A stretch of 44,153 nt of DNA from Candidatus Woesebacteria bacterium GW2011_GWC1_42_9 (GTDB taxonomy: Bacteria > Patescibacteriota > Microgenomatia > UBA8517), in assembly GCA_000995185.1 (NCBI GenBank), contig LCET01000001.1:169028-213180 (forward strand). Direction: 5' to 3'. The position numbers were made by a program, and so were the translations under genes. Below are positions 16,969 through 24,823 of this stretch, piece by piece (position 1 is the first letter of the stretch; each line of letters opens with the position of its first letter). The notes beneath the pieces were generated by a model. It did no database searches, was not told the origin of the DNA, and saw only the letters and a program-made list of their open reading frames with translations.

Positions 16969-17988
16969 ATGGCAAGAAAAGCGACAAATAAATTACTGCA
17001 AAAAGCTAAAGAATCAAAGAGCGATGAATTTTACACTCAGCTTTCTGATATTGAAAATGAATTAAAGCATTATAAAGATAGATTTAAAGATAAAGTAGTT
17101 TATTGTAATTGCGATGACCCTAGAACTAGCAACTTTTATGAGTATTTTTCCTCAAATTTCAAAGAGTTGAGGCTAAAAAAAATCATAGCCTCTTGCTACA
17201 GAAAGCAAGAAAGAGATTTATTTAATAATAAAGAATTTGAAAGTGGGTTTTTTTATGAATATTCAGGTACTCAGGGCGAAAAAATAAAACCAAGCGCTAA
17301 TGATATAATCCACTTTAAAGGAGACGGGGATTTTCGTAGTTCAGAAAGTATAGAATTATTGAAACAGGCGGATATTATTGTAACCAATCCACCATTTTCA
17401 TTATTTAGGAAATATGTAGATCAATTAGTTAAATACGATAAGAAATTTTTAATAATTGGCAACATTAACGCTATTACCTATAAAGAAATTTTTAAACTAA
17501 TTAAGGGAAATAAGGCGTGGCTAGGAATAAATTTAGGTAGAGGTATCTCAGGTTTTATTGTGCCAGAACATTATGAACTTTACGGAACAGAGGCACGTAT
17601 TGATAGCCTTGGAAATAGAATAGTTTCCCCAAATAATTGTTTATGGTTAACTAATTTAGATACTTCTAAAAGACATGAAAACATTACTCTTACAAAAAAA
17701 TATTTTGGAAATGAAATCGAGTATCCATATTATGATAACTACGATGGAATTAATGTAAATAGAACAAAAGATATTCCTCTGGATTACGAAGGTGTTTTGG
17801 GCGTACCCATAACTTTTTTACATAAATATAACCCAGAACAATTCGAAATAATTAAATTCAGAAAAGGAAATGATGAAAAGGATTTGTCAATAAACGGTAA
17901 ATGTCCGTATTTTAGAATTTTAATCAAGAAAAGAATACAAAAAAATAGAACTGACGACACAAAAATATTAGTTAGTGATTTGTCTTAG
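16969..17988 (+). CDS. ecoRIM: EcoRI-family adenine-specific DNA methyltransferase
   Basis: MARKATNKLL.KAK.SKSDEFYTQ, YCNCDDP, GDGDFRSSES, TNPPFSLF; start revised to ATG 16969. Confidence 0.96.
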   Translation: MARKATNKLLQKAKESKSDEFYTQLSDIENELKHYKDRFKDKVVYCNCDDPRTSNFYEYFSSNFKELRLKKIIASCYRKQERDLFNNKEFESGFFYEYSGTQGEKIKPSANDIIHFKGDGDFRSSESIELLKQADIIVTNPPFSLFRKYVDQLVKYDKKFLIIGNINAITYKEIFKLIKGNKAWLGINLGRGISGFIVPEHYELYGTEARIDSLGNRIVSPNNCLWLTNLDTSKRHENITLTKKYFGNEIEYPYYDNYDGINVNRTKDIPLDYEGVLGVPITFLHKYNPEQFEIIKFRKGNDEKDLSINGKCPYFRILIKKRIQKNRTDDTKILVSDLS

Positions 17989-18026
17989 CCATAGGGGTCG
18001 CCTTTTTAGAGAAATAGTTAAGATTC

Positions 18027-18518
18027 TTATTCTCCCAACTCTCCAGTAGTTCTAATTGGATCACCTATCAAAATCGAGTGAAACTCATCCTCTGGCAAAC
18101 GTTCTCTTTTAAATACTTGCCATCCTAAGTCGTAAACCGTCTTCATATTCCAAATGTGATGTTTGTGTAATGTAACTAGATCGTGTAAATAAATGGCTCC
18201 AGGAGCATTTTCGCTCTCTATTATTCTAAACTTATTGCCGTATTCATTAATTGGATACTTTTCTCGGTAATACTTAATGCTTCTTTTCCGTGCCAGTTCA
18301 TCTCTAAAATAAGAACTACCAAAATATGCACCAATGATAGCTGCTAAACCAATACTAATTTTGTTGAAGTTGTCAGCTATTGCATTTAGATTTTCTAAGG
18401 GGAGAAAAAAATGGGCAAGTACAAAGATTAAGAAGGATATAATCAGGAAAGCCTTGTAGGTTTGGACCTGTTTTCTGAATTTTTTCCAATTTTTCTTAAA
18501 CCTTTTCTTGTTTAACAT
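18027..18518 (-). CDS. Hypothetical membrane protein (2 TM plus small beta domain)
   Basis: Two hydrophobic helices, then 'IYLHD...KHHIWNMKTVYDLGW.......EF.SI.IGDPI'. Confidence 0.7.
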   Translation of the reverse strand: MLNKKRFKKNWKKFRKQVQTYKAFLIISFLIFVLAHFFLPLENLNAIADNFNKISIGLAAIIGAYFGSSYFRDELARKRSIKYYREKYPINEYGNKFRIIESENAPGAIYLHDLVTLHKHHIWNMKTVYDLGWQVFKRERLPEDEFHSILIGDPIRTTGELGE

Positions 18519-18526
18519 ATTTATTT

Positions 18527-19762
18527 TTATGGAAAATGAAACAGCAATACAGTAAGTAGCAATTCTCTTTTCGTGTCGACATTCAGGTGAAATCTGAATC
18601 TTTGTATTGTTCCTTCTGCTTCTTCACTCTCTAAATTTATAAAGTTACTATGCTTTTTTGCAGCTTCTCTTGCCGTAGTTATTACATTAGTGAAGTCAGC
18701 ATTTCTTACGAAGACCATAATTGAGGCTTTAGAATCTCTCCAAGTAAGATATTTGAGTATTTGGTCGATAGTTTCAATAAACTTCTTTTCCCCTGTCCAA
18801 AATTTGCACTCGGCAATAAAAGTGTTATTTCCGTCATGTCTAAGTAAAATATCTGTTTTACCCGATTTATTGAACGTTTCACCCGTAGCTGATCCTTCAA
18901 AGTTGGTTTCTAGAATTATTAGAAAATGATCTCGCAGTCCTTCTTCATCTTTGTTGGTATAAACAGCCGGCATTCTTTCAATCTGTTTTCCCATATCGTG
19001 GATAACACGAAGTATTGCGTTATATGTTTCAGTATCTAGAGTTGGATCTGGGGTTCCAGAATTGCTTGGAGATGGTCTCGGAATAATTTTCTTTTTAGCT
19101 TTCGGAGCAGGAATAGAAAATGTGCTCGGAACGTTATCTCTTTTTTTGACGGGGACACCCAACTGGTCCAAGAAACTATTATTAGATTTCAAGCTTTCTT
19201 TTCTTTCCTTAAGCAACATCCTAGCATTCTCTGATAAGCTTGCATTGTAATTATTTACTTCGTTTGCAAGATTTCCAAGCTGTTTTTGTAAATTGGAAAG
19301 ATTTTGGTCTGAGTCTCTTTTTGTTTTTTCGGCATCATTGGTGAAGTTAATAATCTCAAAACATAAAAACTCTCCATCATCATTAATTTCATGATCAAGC
19401 TCGATGGTCCATAGAAGTGATGTACTTGGTTTGAAGTTTATTACTTCAATCTCGCCGTTGAAGGGTAAGTGGTATTTAATAGCTTGCCTTGGATAAGATT
19501 TATTGTCAGTAATAAAAAAACTTTCTCGAGGATGTCTGTCAGCAGGAATCATTTTTTCTTCATGGGTTATAAACTTGTTTTCGATATCTAGTATTGGAGG
19601 ATCTATAGAAAACTCAGAAACTAAATGTTCAACATATTCATTCTCGTTTATATTCAGAATGTAGCCTGTCTCTTCTGAGTGAATTTTGTTTTTGAGTTTC
19701 TCCTTTTGGGAGCGCAAAACATCTCCAAAATACCCTTTAGTGAAGGGAGTAATAGTACTCAT
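18527..19762 (-). CDS. Hypothetical protein with coiled coil and C-terminal PD-(D/E)XK nuclease-like domain
   Basis: EEGLRDHFL...GETFNKSGKTDILL...FIAECKFW...DQILKYL. Confidence 0.72.
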   Translation of the reverse strand: MSTITPFTKGYFGDVLRSQKEKLKNKIHSEETGYILNINENEYVEHLVSEFSIDPPILDIENKFITHEEKMIPADRHPRESFFITDNKSYPRQAIKYHLPFNGEIEVINFKPSTSLLWTIELDHEINDDGEFLCFEIINFTNDAEKTKRDSDQNLSNLQKQLGNLANEVNNYNASLSENARMLLKERKESLKSNNSFLDQLGVPVKKRDNVPSTFSIPAPKAKKKIIPRPSPSNSGTPDPTLDTETYNAILRVIHDMGKQIERMPAVYTNKDEEGLRDHFLIILETNFEGSATGETFNKSGKTDILLRHDGNNTFIAECKFWTGEKKFIETIDQILKYLTWRDSKASIMVFVRNADFTNVITTAREAAKKHSNFINLESEEAEGTIQRFRFHLNVDTKRELLLTVLLFHFP

Positions 19763-19799
19763 AATTGGATCTGATATTAGCAGAAATCTACATTGACTG

Positions 19800-19941
19800 C
19801 TAGTACAGGTTCGATTCCCGTTACCAGTGTTGCGACTCTCCAGGCTAACGCAATTTTTGCAAAATATAAGGCTCGAACTCGGGAGAATCTTGATTTTAGG
19901 GGGAGATTTTTAACTACTACAAAACTAGTCCGATATGGAGC
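19800..19941. repeat. Cassette end A, copy 2 (abuts tRNA-Gly 3' end)
   Basis: Homologous to 15466-15608; holds a perfect 14 bp inverted copy (19808-19821) of tRNA-Gly 19947-19960. Confidence 0.85.
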
Positions 19942-20009
19942 GGGATACGGGAATCGAACCCGTGTCTCTACCTTGGGAAGGTGGCGTACTACCATTGTAC
20001 TAATCCCGC
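19936..20009 (-). tRNA. tRNA-Gly(CCC)
   Basis: Acceptor GCGGGAT/ATCCCGC, loop TTCCCAA, T arm ACGGG-TTCGATT-CCCGT, ends TCCA; one C-A mismatch in anticodon stem; TGtTATAAT at 20030-20022. Confidence 0.95.
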
Positions 20010-20032
20010 TTAGGCAGGTAAATTATAACATC

Positions 20033-20638
20033 TTAAGGTAATACAAACACATTCCCGGGATGAATAAGATCGGGGCTCGTCAGTTTGTTTGCCCTGGCAA
20101 TTTCTACCCATTTATATCCATTCCCATATTGAGCTACCGCTATATCCCAAAGCGTGTCCCCTTTTACAACAGTGTATGAGGAGGAAGTTGTGAGTCCTCC
20201 TTTTGTCGTTGTGGGAGCAATTTCTGGTGTCGCTGAGGGCTGTGGTGTAGCTACGGCCACTGCTGTCGCCTCTGGGGTGGCTACCTCTGCCACTTCGGAG
20301 GTCCTAGCAGGGACGTTTGGAACAACGAGCGTCTGTCCTTCAGCAATATCGTCGGCGCTTGTTAGATTATTTTCTTCCACGATATCCACCCAGTTATATC
20401 CAGTTTTATAATACTTTTCGGAGATAGACCAAAGTGTTTCTCCGCGGACTACTGTGTGAGTAGCCGGAAGAGTTACTTCGTCACTAACTGAAACTCCTGA
20501 GGGAAGAGTGGTTCCAGAATCTAAATTGCGGAAGTAGTTAACTACTAAAACGCCAACTACAACGATAACAAAAATTCCCAAAATAGTGCTGATGCTCGAC
20601 TCGTTTAGTTTAAAGATCTTAAGTAATGATTTAAGCAA
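20033..20638 (-). CDS. Membrane-anchored protein with two LysM domains
   Basis: HTVVRGETLWSISEKYY and YTVVKGDTLWDIAVAQYG, Ala/Thr/Pro linker; SD AAGGAGGTGA. Confidence 0.93.
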   Translation of the reverse strand: MLKSLLKIFKLNESSISTILGIFVIVVVGVLVVNYFRNLDSGTTLPSGVSVSDEVTLPATHTVVRGETLWSISEKYYKTGYNWVDIVEENNLTSADDIAEGQTLVVPNVPARTSEVAEVATPEATAVAVATPQPSATPEIAPTTTKGGLTTSSSYTVVKGDTLWDIAVAQYGNGYKWVEIARANKLTSPDLIHPGNVFVLP

Positions 20639-20675
20639 ATTTATTCACCTCCTTGTAGGGCAATTAACTTAAATG

Positions 20676-20704
20676 AATCTAATGATTTAGTTTGATATTG
20701 TCAA
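20676..20704 (-). promoter_or_regulatory. Promoter for the LysM gene
   Basis: Minus strand TTGACA (20704-20699), 17 bp, TAGATT (20681-20676). Confidence 0.7.
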
Positions 20705-20778
20705 GTAGTGATTTTGCCGATCTTTCCATCACTTTAATGGATTAAAGTATTGAGGGGATAAAGATGATTTTATATGGG

Positions 20779-20852
20779 CGAGGCTGAGGGGATTTGAACC
20801 CCTGATCTCTTCCGTGACAGGGAAGCGCTTTAAACCGCTAAGCTACAGCCCC
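20779..20852 (-). tRNA. tRNA-Asp(GTC), canonical
   Basis: Acceptor GGGGCTG/CAGCCTC, CTTCC-CTGTCAC-GGAAG, G73, C38. Confidence 0.96.
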
Positions 20853-20919
20853 AAAACACCTTATTGTACAATTTTTAGCCTAATTATTCCAGAATTTAAA
20901 AAAAAGGGGGGGTTGAGGT

Positions 20920-21102
20920 TCAGGCGGTTTCAGCTTTTTCGGCTTCCTTTTCTTTTGCTATTCTTTCTCTGGCGAAATGTCCATGGCCATATCCATAGAG
21001 AGAACAAACAATATCTCCCAATGAGTTTATGACCATCTTGCCTGGATTGATCTTATCCTTGGCTACGCAGTCCTCGCAAACAGACCCAATTTGAGGTGTC
21101 AT
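20920..21102 (-). CDS. Small hypothetical protein, possible zinc ribbon (60 aa)
   Basis: SD GGAGGA before ATG 21102; CEDC...C-x5-HGH; charged helical tail. Confidence 0.6.
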   Translation of the reverse strand: MTPQIGSVCEDCVAKDKINPGKMVINSLGDIVCSLYGYGHGHFARERIAKEKEAEKAETA

Positions 21103-21199
21103 TTTGTATCCTCCAAGACATGAACTGTTAAGTGCAACCCTTCCCAAAGTAATATATTAGAAGCTTTTATGCAAGTCTTGGTTGGTATAAAATGAGACC

Positions 21200-22978
21200 G
21201 TGAGGATCCATAAAAATATGTCTAATCGTGAGGTCGCCGATCTTCTTGCGGCCGCTTCCGCCGCCTATAAAATAAAAGACGAGCAGAAGAATAAATTTAG
21301 GAGTATTGCTTATGATCGCGCTTCAGCCGCGATCGAGCATTTAGGGAGCGAGGTAAAGGATTTTTGGGACGACGGGAAACTTGAGGATGTCCCGGGAATT
21401 GGTCCAAATATTGCCAAACATTTGGATGAGATTTTTAAAACGGGTAAATCCAAGCATTTTAACAAAGTGTTTCTGGGTGTTCCGCCGTCTGTTTTTGAAT
21501 TTTTAAAAATTACCGGAGTGGGACCGAAAAAGGCCATCAAATTAGCCAAAGAACTTAATATAAAAAGTTCCAAGGGAGCAATAAAGCGGCTTTCCAAAAG
21601 CGCAAAATCGGGGAAAATTGCTGAAATTGAGAGGTTTGGAGAGGGTTCTCAGAAGGTGATTGCAAAATCTATTAAAGAGCATGAAGCCAGGCCGAAGGAG
21701 AGAATGCTTATTTCACAAGCTGAAAATATTGCAAGAGACGTAGTTGGGTGGGTTAGTGAAAATAAATCTGTCGAGAAAATTGAAGTTTTGGGAAGCTTAA
21801 GAAGGAGAGCGTCGACCGTTGGAGACATAGACATTGCTGTTGCGACCAAAAATCCAGAGAGCATATTGGATCATTTTATTGAGTACCCGAATAAGACGAG
21901 GACATTAGGGAAAGGCCCGCATAAGGCTTCAATTGTGCTCCCAAATAATATCCAAGTAGACCTGATGGCTACGGAGAATGATTCATTTGGATCTCTACTG
22001 CAACACTTCACTGGATCGAAGCATCATAATATTGCCCTGAGGGAAATTGCCCAGAAAAAAGGGCTTAGTTTGTCTGAGTATGGGATTAAGGGAATTAATA
22101 ATTTAAAATTTAAAATTAAAAATTTTAAAGATGAAGAAAGTTTTTATAAATCTCTCGCTTTAAGTTGGATACCGCCTGAACTAAGGGAGGACGCGGGCGA
22201 GATCGAAGCTGCCAAGGCTAATAAATTGCCGGATCTACTTAAATTAAGCGACATTAAAGCCGATTTACAGATCCATTCTGATTTTGATATCGAAACGAGC
22301 CATGATATCGGTGACTCTTCAATGGTGGAAATTGCTAAAAAAGCCGAAAAGCTAGGATATCAGTATATTGGTTTCACTGAGCATAACCCAAGCCAAAGGG
22401 GCCATAACGAAAGAAAAGTAATTGAGCTAATTAAAAAGAAACGCGAAGCTATAAATCGGGTCAACACAAAGATTAAAATTTTTAATAGTATGGAAGTTGA
22501 TATTTTGCCCGATGGGAAATTGGCTATTGGCGATAAGGCCCTAGGGGAATTAGATTTTGCTTTAGTTTCGATCCATTCAAGTTTTGCTCAAAGCCGGCAG
22601 AGCATGACCGCCCGCGTTTTATCAGCACTTTCTCATCCGAAGGTGAAAATATTCGCTCACCCCACAGCAAGGAGAATAAACAAAAGAGAGGGAGTAGAGC
22701 TCGATTGGACTAAAATTTTTGAATTTTGCAGGGAAAATAATAGGTGGATCGAGATAAATGCTGAGCCCACTCGGCTGGACCTTCCTGATTATCTTGTCCG
22801 TGAGGCAGTCAAAGCCGGGGTAACGCTAACCCTCGGGACAGATTCACATCATGTTCGTTCACTTGAGAATATGAGATATGGGGTAGATGTTGCCCGCCGA
22901 GGCTGGGCAGAAAGAAAAGATATAATAAATGCAAGGACTCTGGTAGAATTTGAGAAGGTTTTAAAAGGGGGTGAGTGA
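21200..22978 (+). CDS. polX: DNA polymerase X family protein with PHP domain
   Basis: HhH motifs, GSLRR...GDIDI, QVDL, HFTGSKHHN, PPELRE, PHP motifs TEH/HP/DSH. Confidence 0.95.
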   Translation: MRIHKNMSNREVADLLAAASAAYKIKDEQKNKFRSIAYDRASAAIEHLGSEVKDFWDDGKLEDVPGIGPNIAKHLDEIFKTGKSKHFNKVFLGVPPSVFEFLKITGVGPKKAIKLAKELNIKSSKGAIKRLSKSAKSGKIAEIERFGEGSQKVIAKSIKEHEARPKERMLISQAENIARDVVGWVSENKSVEKIEVLGSLRRRASTVGDIDIAVATKNPESILDHFIEYPNKTRTLGKGPHKASIVLPNNIQVDLMATENDSFGSLLQHFTGSKHHNIALREIAQKKGLSLSEYGIKGINNLKFKIKNFKDEESFYKSLALSWIPPELREDAGEIEAAKANKLPDLLKLSDIKADLQIHSDFDIETSHDIGDSSMVEIAKKAEKLGYQYIGFTEHNPSQRGHNERKVIELIKKKREAINRVNTKIKIFNSMEVDILPDGKLAIGDKALGELDFALVSIHSSFAQSRQSMTARVLSALSHPKVKIFAHPTARRINKREGVELDWTKIFEFCRENNRWIEINAEPTRLDLPDYLVREAVKAGVTLTLGTDSHHVRSLENMRYGVDVARRGWAERKDIINARTLVEFEKVLKGGE

Positions 22979-22979
22979 G

Positions 22980-23567
22980 ATGCAGATATTATTGTTACCA
23001 TTAGTATTATTAGTAGTTGTTGGGATTTGGGTCGCCATGACTTACAATTTCTTTGTTTCCAGCAAGGCCAGGATTAAAGCGGCGGTACAAGAAATTGGAA
23101 ATCAACTGAAGCGGCAAGCTGATTTGATCCCGAATTTGGAAAGCAGCGCCAAGGGCTTTTTGAAGCACGAGAAGGGAATATTTAAAGAACTTGCTGAGGC
23201 AAGAAAAGCCATTTCTGCTGCGGTAAAATCTAGAGATGTCCAAAAAATGGCAGACGCGGGGAGCAGGCTGGCAGGAATATTGCCTTCATTGAAAATTGCC
23301 GTAGAAGATAACCCTGAGATTAAGGGATCGGAAGTTGTAGTTAAGTTGATGGATGAACTTCGCGATACAAGCGACAAAATAATGTATGCGAGAAGGTTGG
23401 TTATTGACCTAACGGCAGATTATAATGTGCGCCGGGTGAGCCTTCCGTCAAACATCGTCGCAAATATGTTTGGGTTTAGCGAGTTGCCGGGATTGATTAC
23501 CCCTGAAAGCGGTGAGCATGTGGAAGTTTCTCAATCTGAGATGAAGTCGCCGAAAGTGAACTTGTAA
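22980..23567 (+). CDS. lemA: LemA family protein
   Basis: N-terminal TM, YN, QLKRQADLIPNL, HEK.IF, PSNIVANMFGF; SD GGGGGTGA before ATG 22980. Confidence 0.92.
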   Translation: MQILLLPLVLLVVVGIWVAMTYNFFVSSKARIKAAVQEIGNQLKRQADLIPNLESSAKGFLKHEKGIFKELAEARKAISAAVKSRDVQKMADAGSRLAGILPSLKIAVEDNPEIKGSEVVVKLMDELRDTSDKIMYARRLVIDLTADYNVRRVSLPSNIVANMFGFSELPGLITPESGEHVEVSQSEMKSPKVNL

Positions 23568-23568
23568 A

Positions 23569-24501
23569 ATGCAAAACATCTACGAAGCAACTGCAAGCAA
23601 TAAGCAAAAAAGCTGGTTTGTTGTCGGGGTTTTTTTGATTTTCGCGGCGGTTTCTATTTACATCCTGTCGCAAGCGTTCTCTGTGTATCTTGGATATGAG
23701 CCAGGTGGATTGGGGATTGTCGGCGTGGCGCTCATTATTTCAGGATTCATGAGCTTTGGAAGTTATTACTTTTCGGATCGAATTATATTATCAATTTCTC
23801 GTGCCCGCCCGGCTGATCGTAAACGGGATTTTGATTTTTTTACAGTCGCTGAGAATTTGAGTATCGCTTCCGGTCTTCCTGTTCCAAGGCTTTATGTAAT
23901 TGACGACACGGCGATGAACGCCTTTGCGACAGGGCGGGATCCAAAGCATGCCGTTGTTGTTGCCACAACCGGACTATTGGCTGAGCTAAATAGGACTGAG
24001 CTGGAGGGAGTTGTCGCACACGAGCTTTCTCATGTCAAAAATTATGACACTAGGCTAATGTCGGTTGTTGCCGTTATGGTCGGGACGGTAGCTCTTTTGG
24101 GGGATATGTTTTTGAGAATGAGCTATTACGGGAGAAGGGATTCAAGTGACAGGAAGTCTGGCCAATTGGGGATTATCATCATAGTGGTTGGGATCATTTT
24201 TGCGATATTGTCGCCTGTGATTGCGAAATTGATCCAGCTGGCAATATCAAGGCGGCGCGAATTATTGGCCGACGCTAGCGCCGTTGCGATTACTCGTCAG
24301 CCAAGCGGCCTTATTTCCGCTTTGAAAAAACTAGGGGGAGACCGCGAGCCATTGGAAGCTGCCAATAAAGCCACCGCTCATATGTACATCGTGAGCCCTT
24401 TTTTGGGCAAGAAAGAAGGTGCTGTGAGTAAGTTTGCGGGGCTATTTAATACTCATCCCCCGCTAGCTGAGCGCATCTTAGCGCTTGAGAAAATGAGATA
24501 A
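23569..24501 (+). CDS. htpX: M48 family zinc metalloprotease HtpX
   Basis: NAFATGR, AHELSH, SRRRELLAD, THPPLAERI; follows lemA. Confidence 0.94.
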   Translation: MQNIYEATASNKQKSWFVVGVFLIFAAVSIYILSQAFSVYLGYEPGGLGIVGVALIISGFMSFGSYYFSDRIILSISRARPADRKRDFDFFTVAENLSIASGLPVPRLYVIDDTAMNAFATGRDPKHAVVVATTGLLAELNRTELEGVVAHELSHVKNYDTRLMSVVAVMVGTVALLGDMFLRMSYYGRRDSSDRKSGQLGIIIIVVGIIFAILSPVIAKLIQLAISRRRELLADASAVAITRQPSGLISALKKLGGDREPLEAANKATAHMYIVSPFLGKKEGAVSKFAGLFNTHPPLAERILALEKMR

Positions 24502-24520
24502 CTCGCTGTAAACTAGCTAA

Positions 24521-24823
24521 ATGGATAAGAGCAACAAATTTGATGTCCGGCATATCGCAGACCTCGCCGGGCTGAATCTACAAAAAAAAGACTATTCTAA
24601 ATTTGAAAAGCAGCTCTCCTTAGTTGTTAATTATTTTGAAGAAATTAAAAAAGTTAATACCGACGATGTTGAGCCAACGAGCCAAACTACAGGGCTTACT
24701 GATGTCTTAAGGATAGATTTAATTAGACCCGAGGATCAGTTGTCAGTGTCTGAATCAACGTCTAATACCGATAAAACGCATAATAATTATTTTGTAGTTT
24801 CACTTTTACTCACTAAAGAATGA
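24521..24823 (+). CDS. gatC: Asp/Glu-tRNA amidotransferase subunit C
   Basis: VRHIADLAGL, VNTDDVEPT, YFVV; precedes gatA. Confidence 0.9.
   Translation: MDKSNKFDVRHIADLAGLNLQKKDYSKFEKQLSLVVNYFEEIKKVNTDDVEPTSQTTGLTDVLRIDLIRPEDQLSVSESTSNTDKTHNNYFVVSLLLTKE

Larger units (their letters stand above)
13282..19941. mobile_element. Integrase-less tandem two-cassette island at the 3' end of tRNA-Gly(CCC)
   Basis: AT-rich cargo; order B1-cargo-A1|B2-cargo-A2|tRNA; GAGC at all three junctions (13282, 15605, 19938). Confidence 0.8.

Noticed and set aside
19760-19830. Extra tRNA or tmRNA gene suggested by GGTTCGATTCCC
   Set aside because: No acceptor, D or anticodon arm can be folded; better explained as the inverted junction copy
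13282-19941. Classical integron attC array, IS element or prophage
   Set aside because: The inverted arms run GTT...AAC, opposite to attC (RYYYAAC...GTTRRRY); no intI, transposase, terminal IR/TSD pair or phage gene is recognisable
19777-20041. ORFs 19777..19995(-) and 19793..20041(+)
   Set aside because: They overlap tRNA-Gly and end A2; the A1 copy does not keep these frames
22261-22280. Inactivated PolX PHP domain (QIH instead of HxH)
   Set aside because: Other PHP ligands and the polymerase aspartates are intact; a single substitution is not enough to call loss of function
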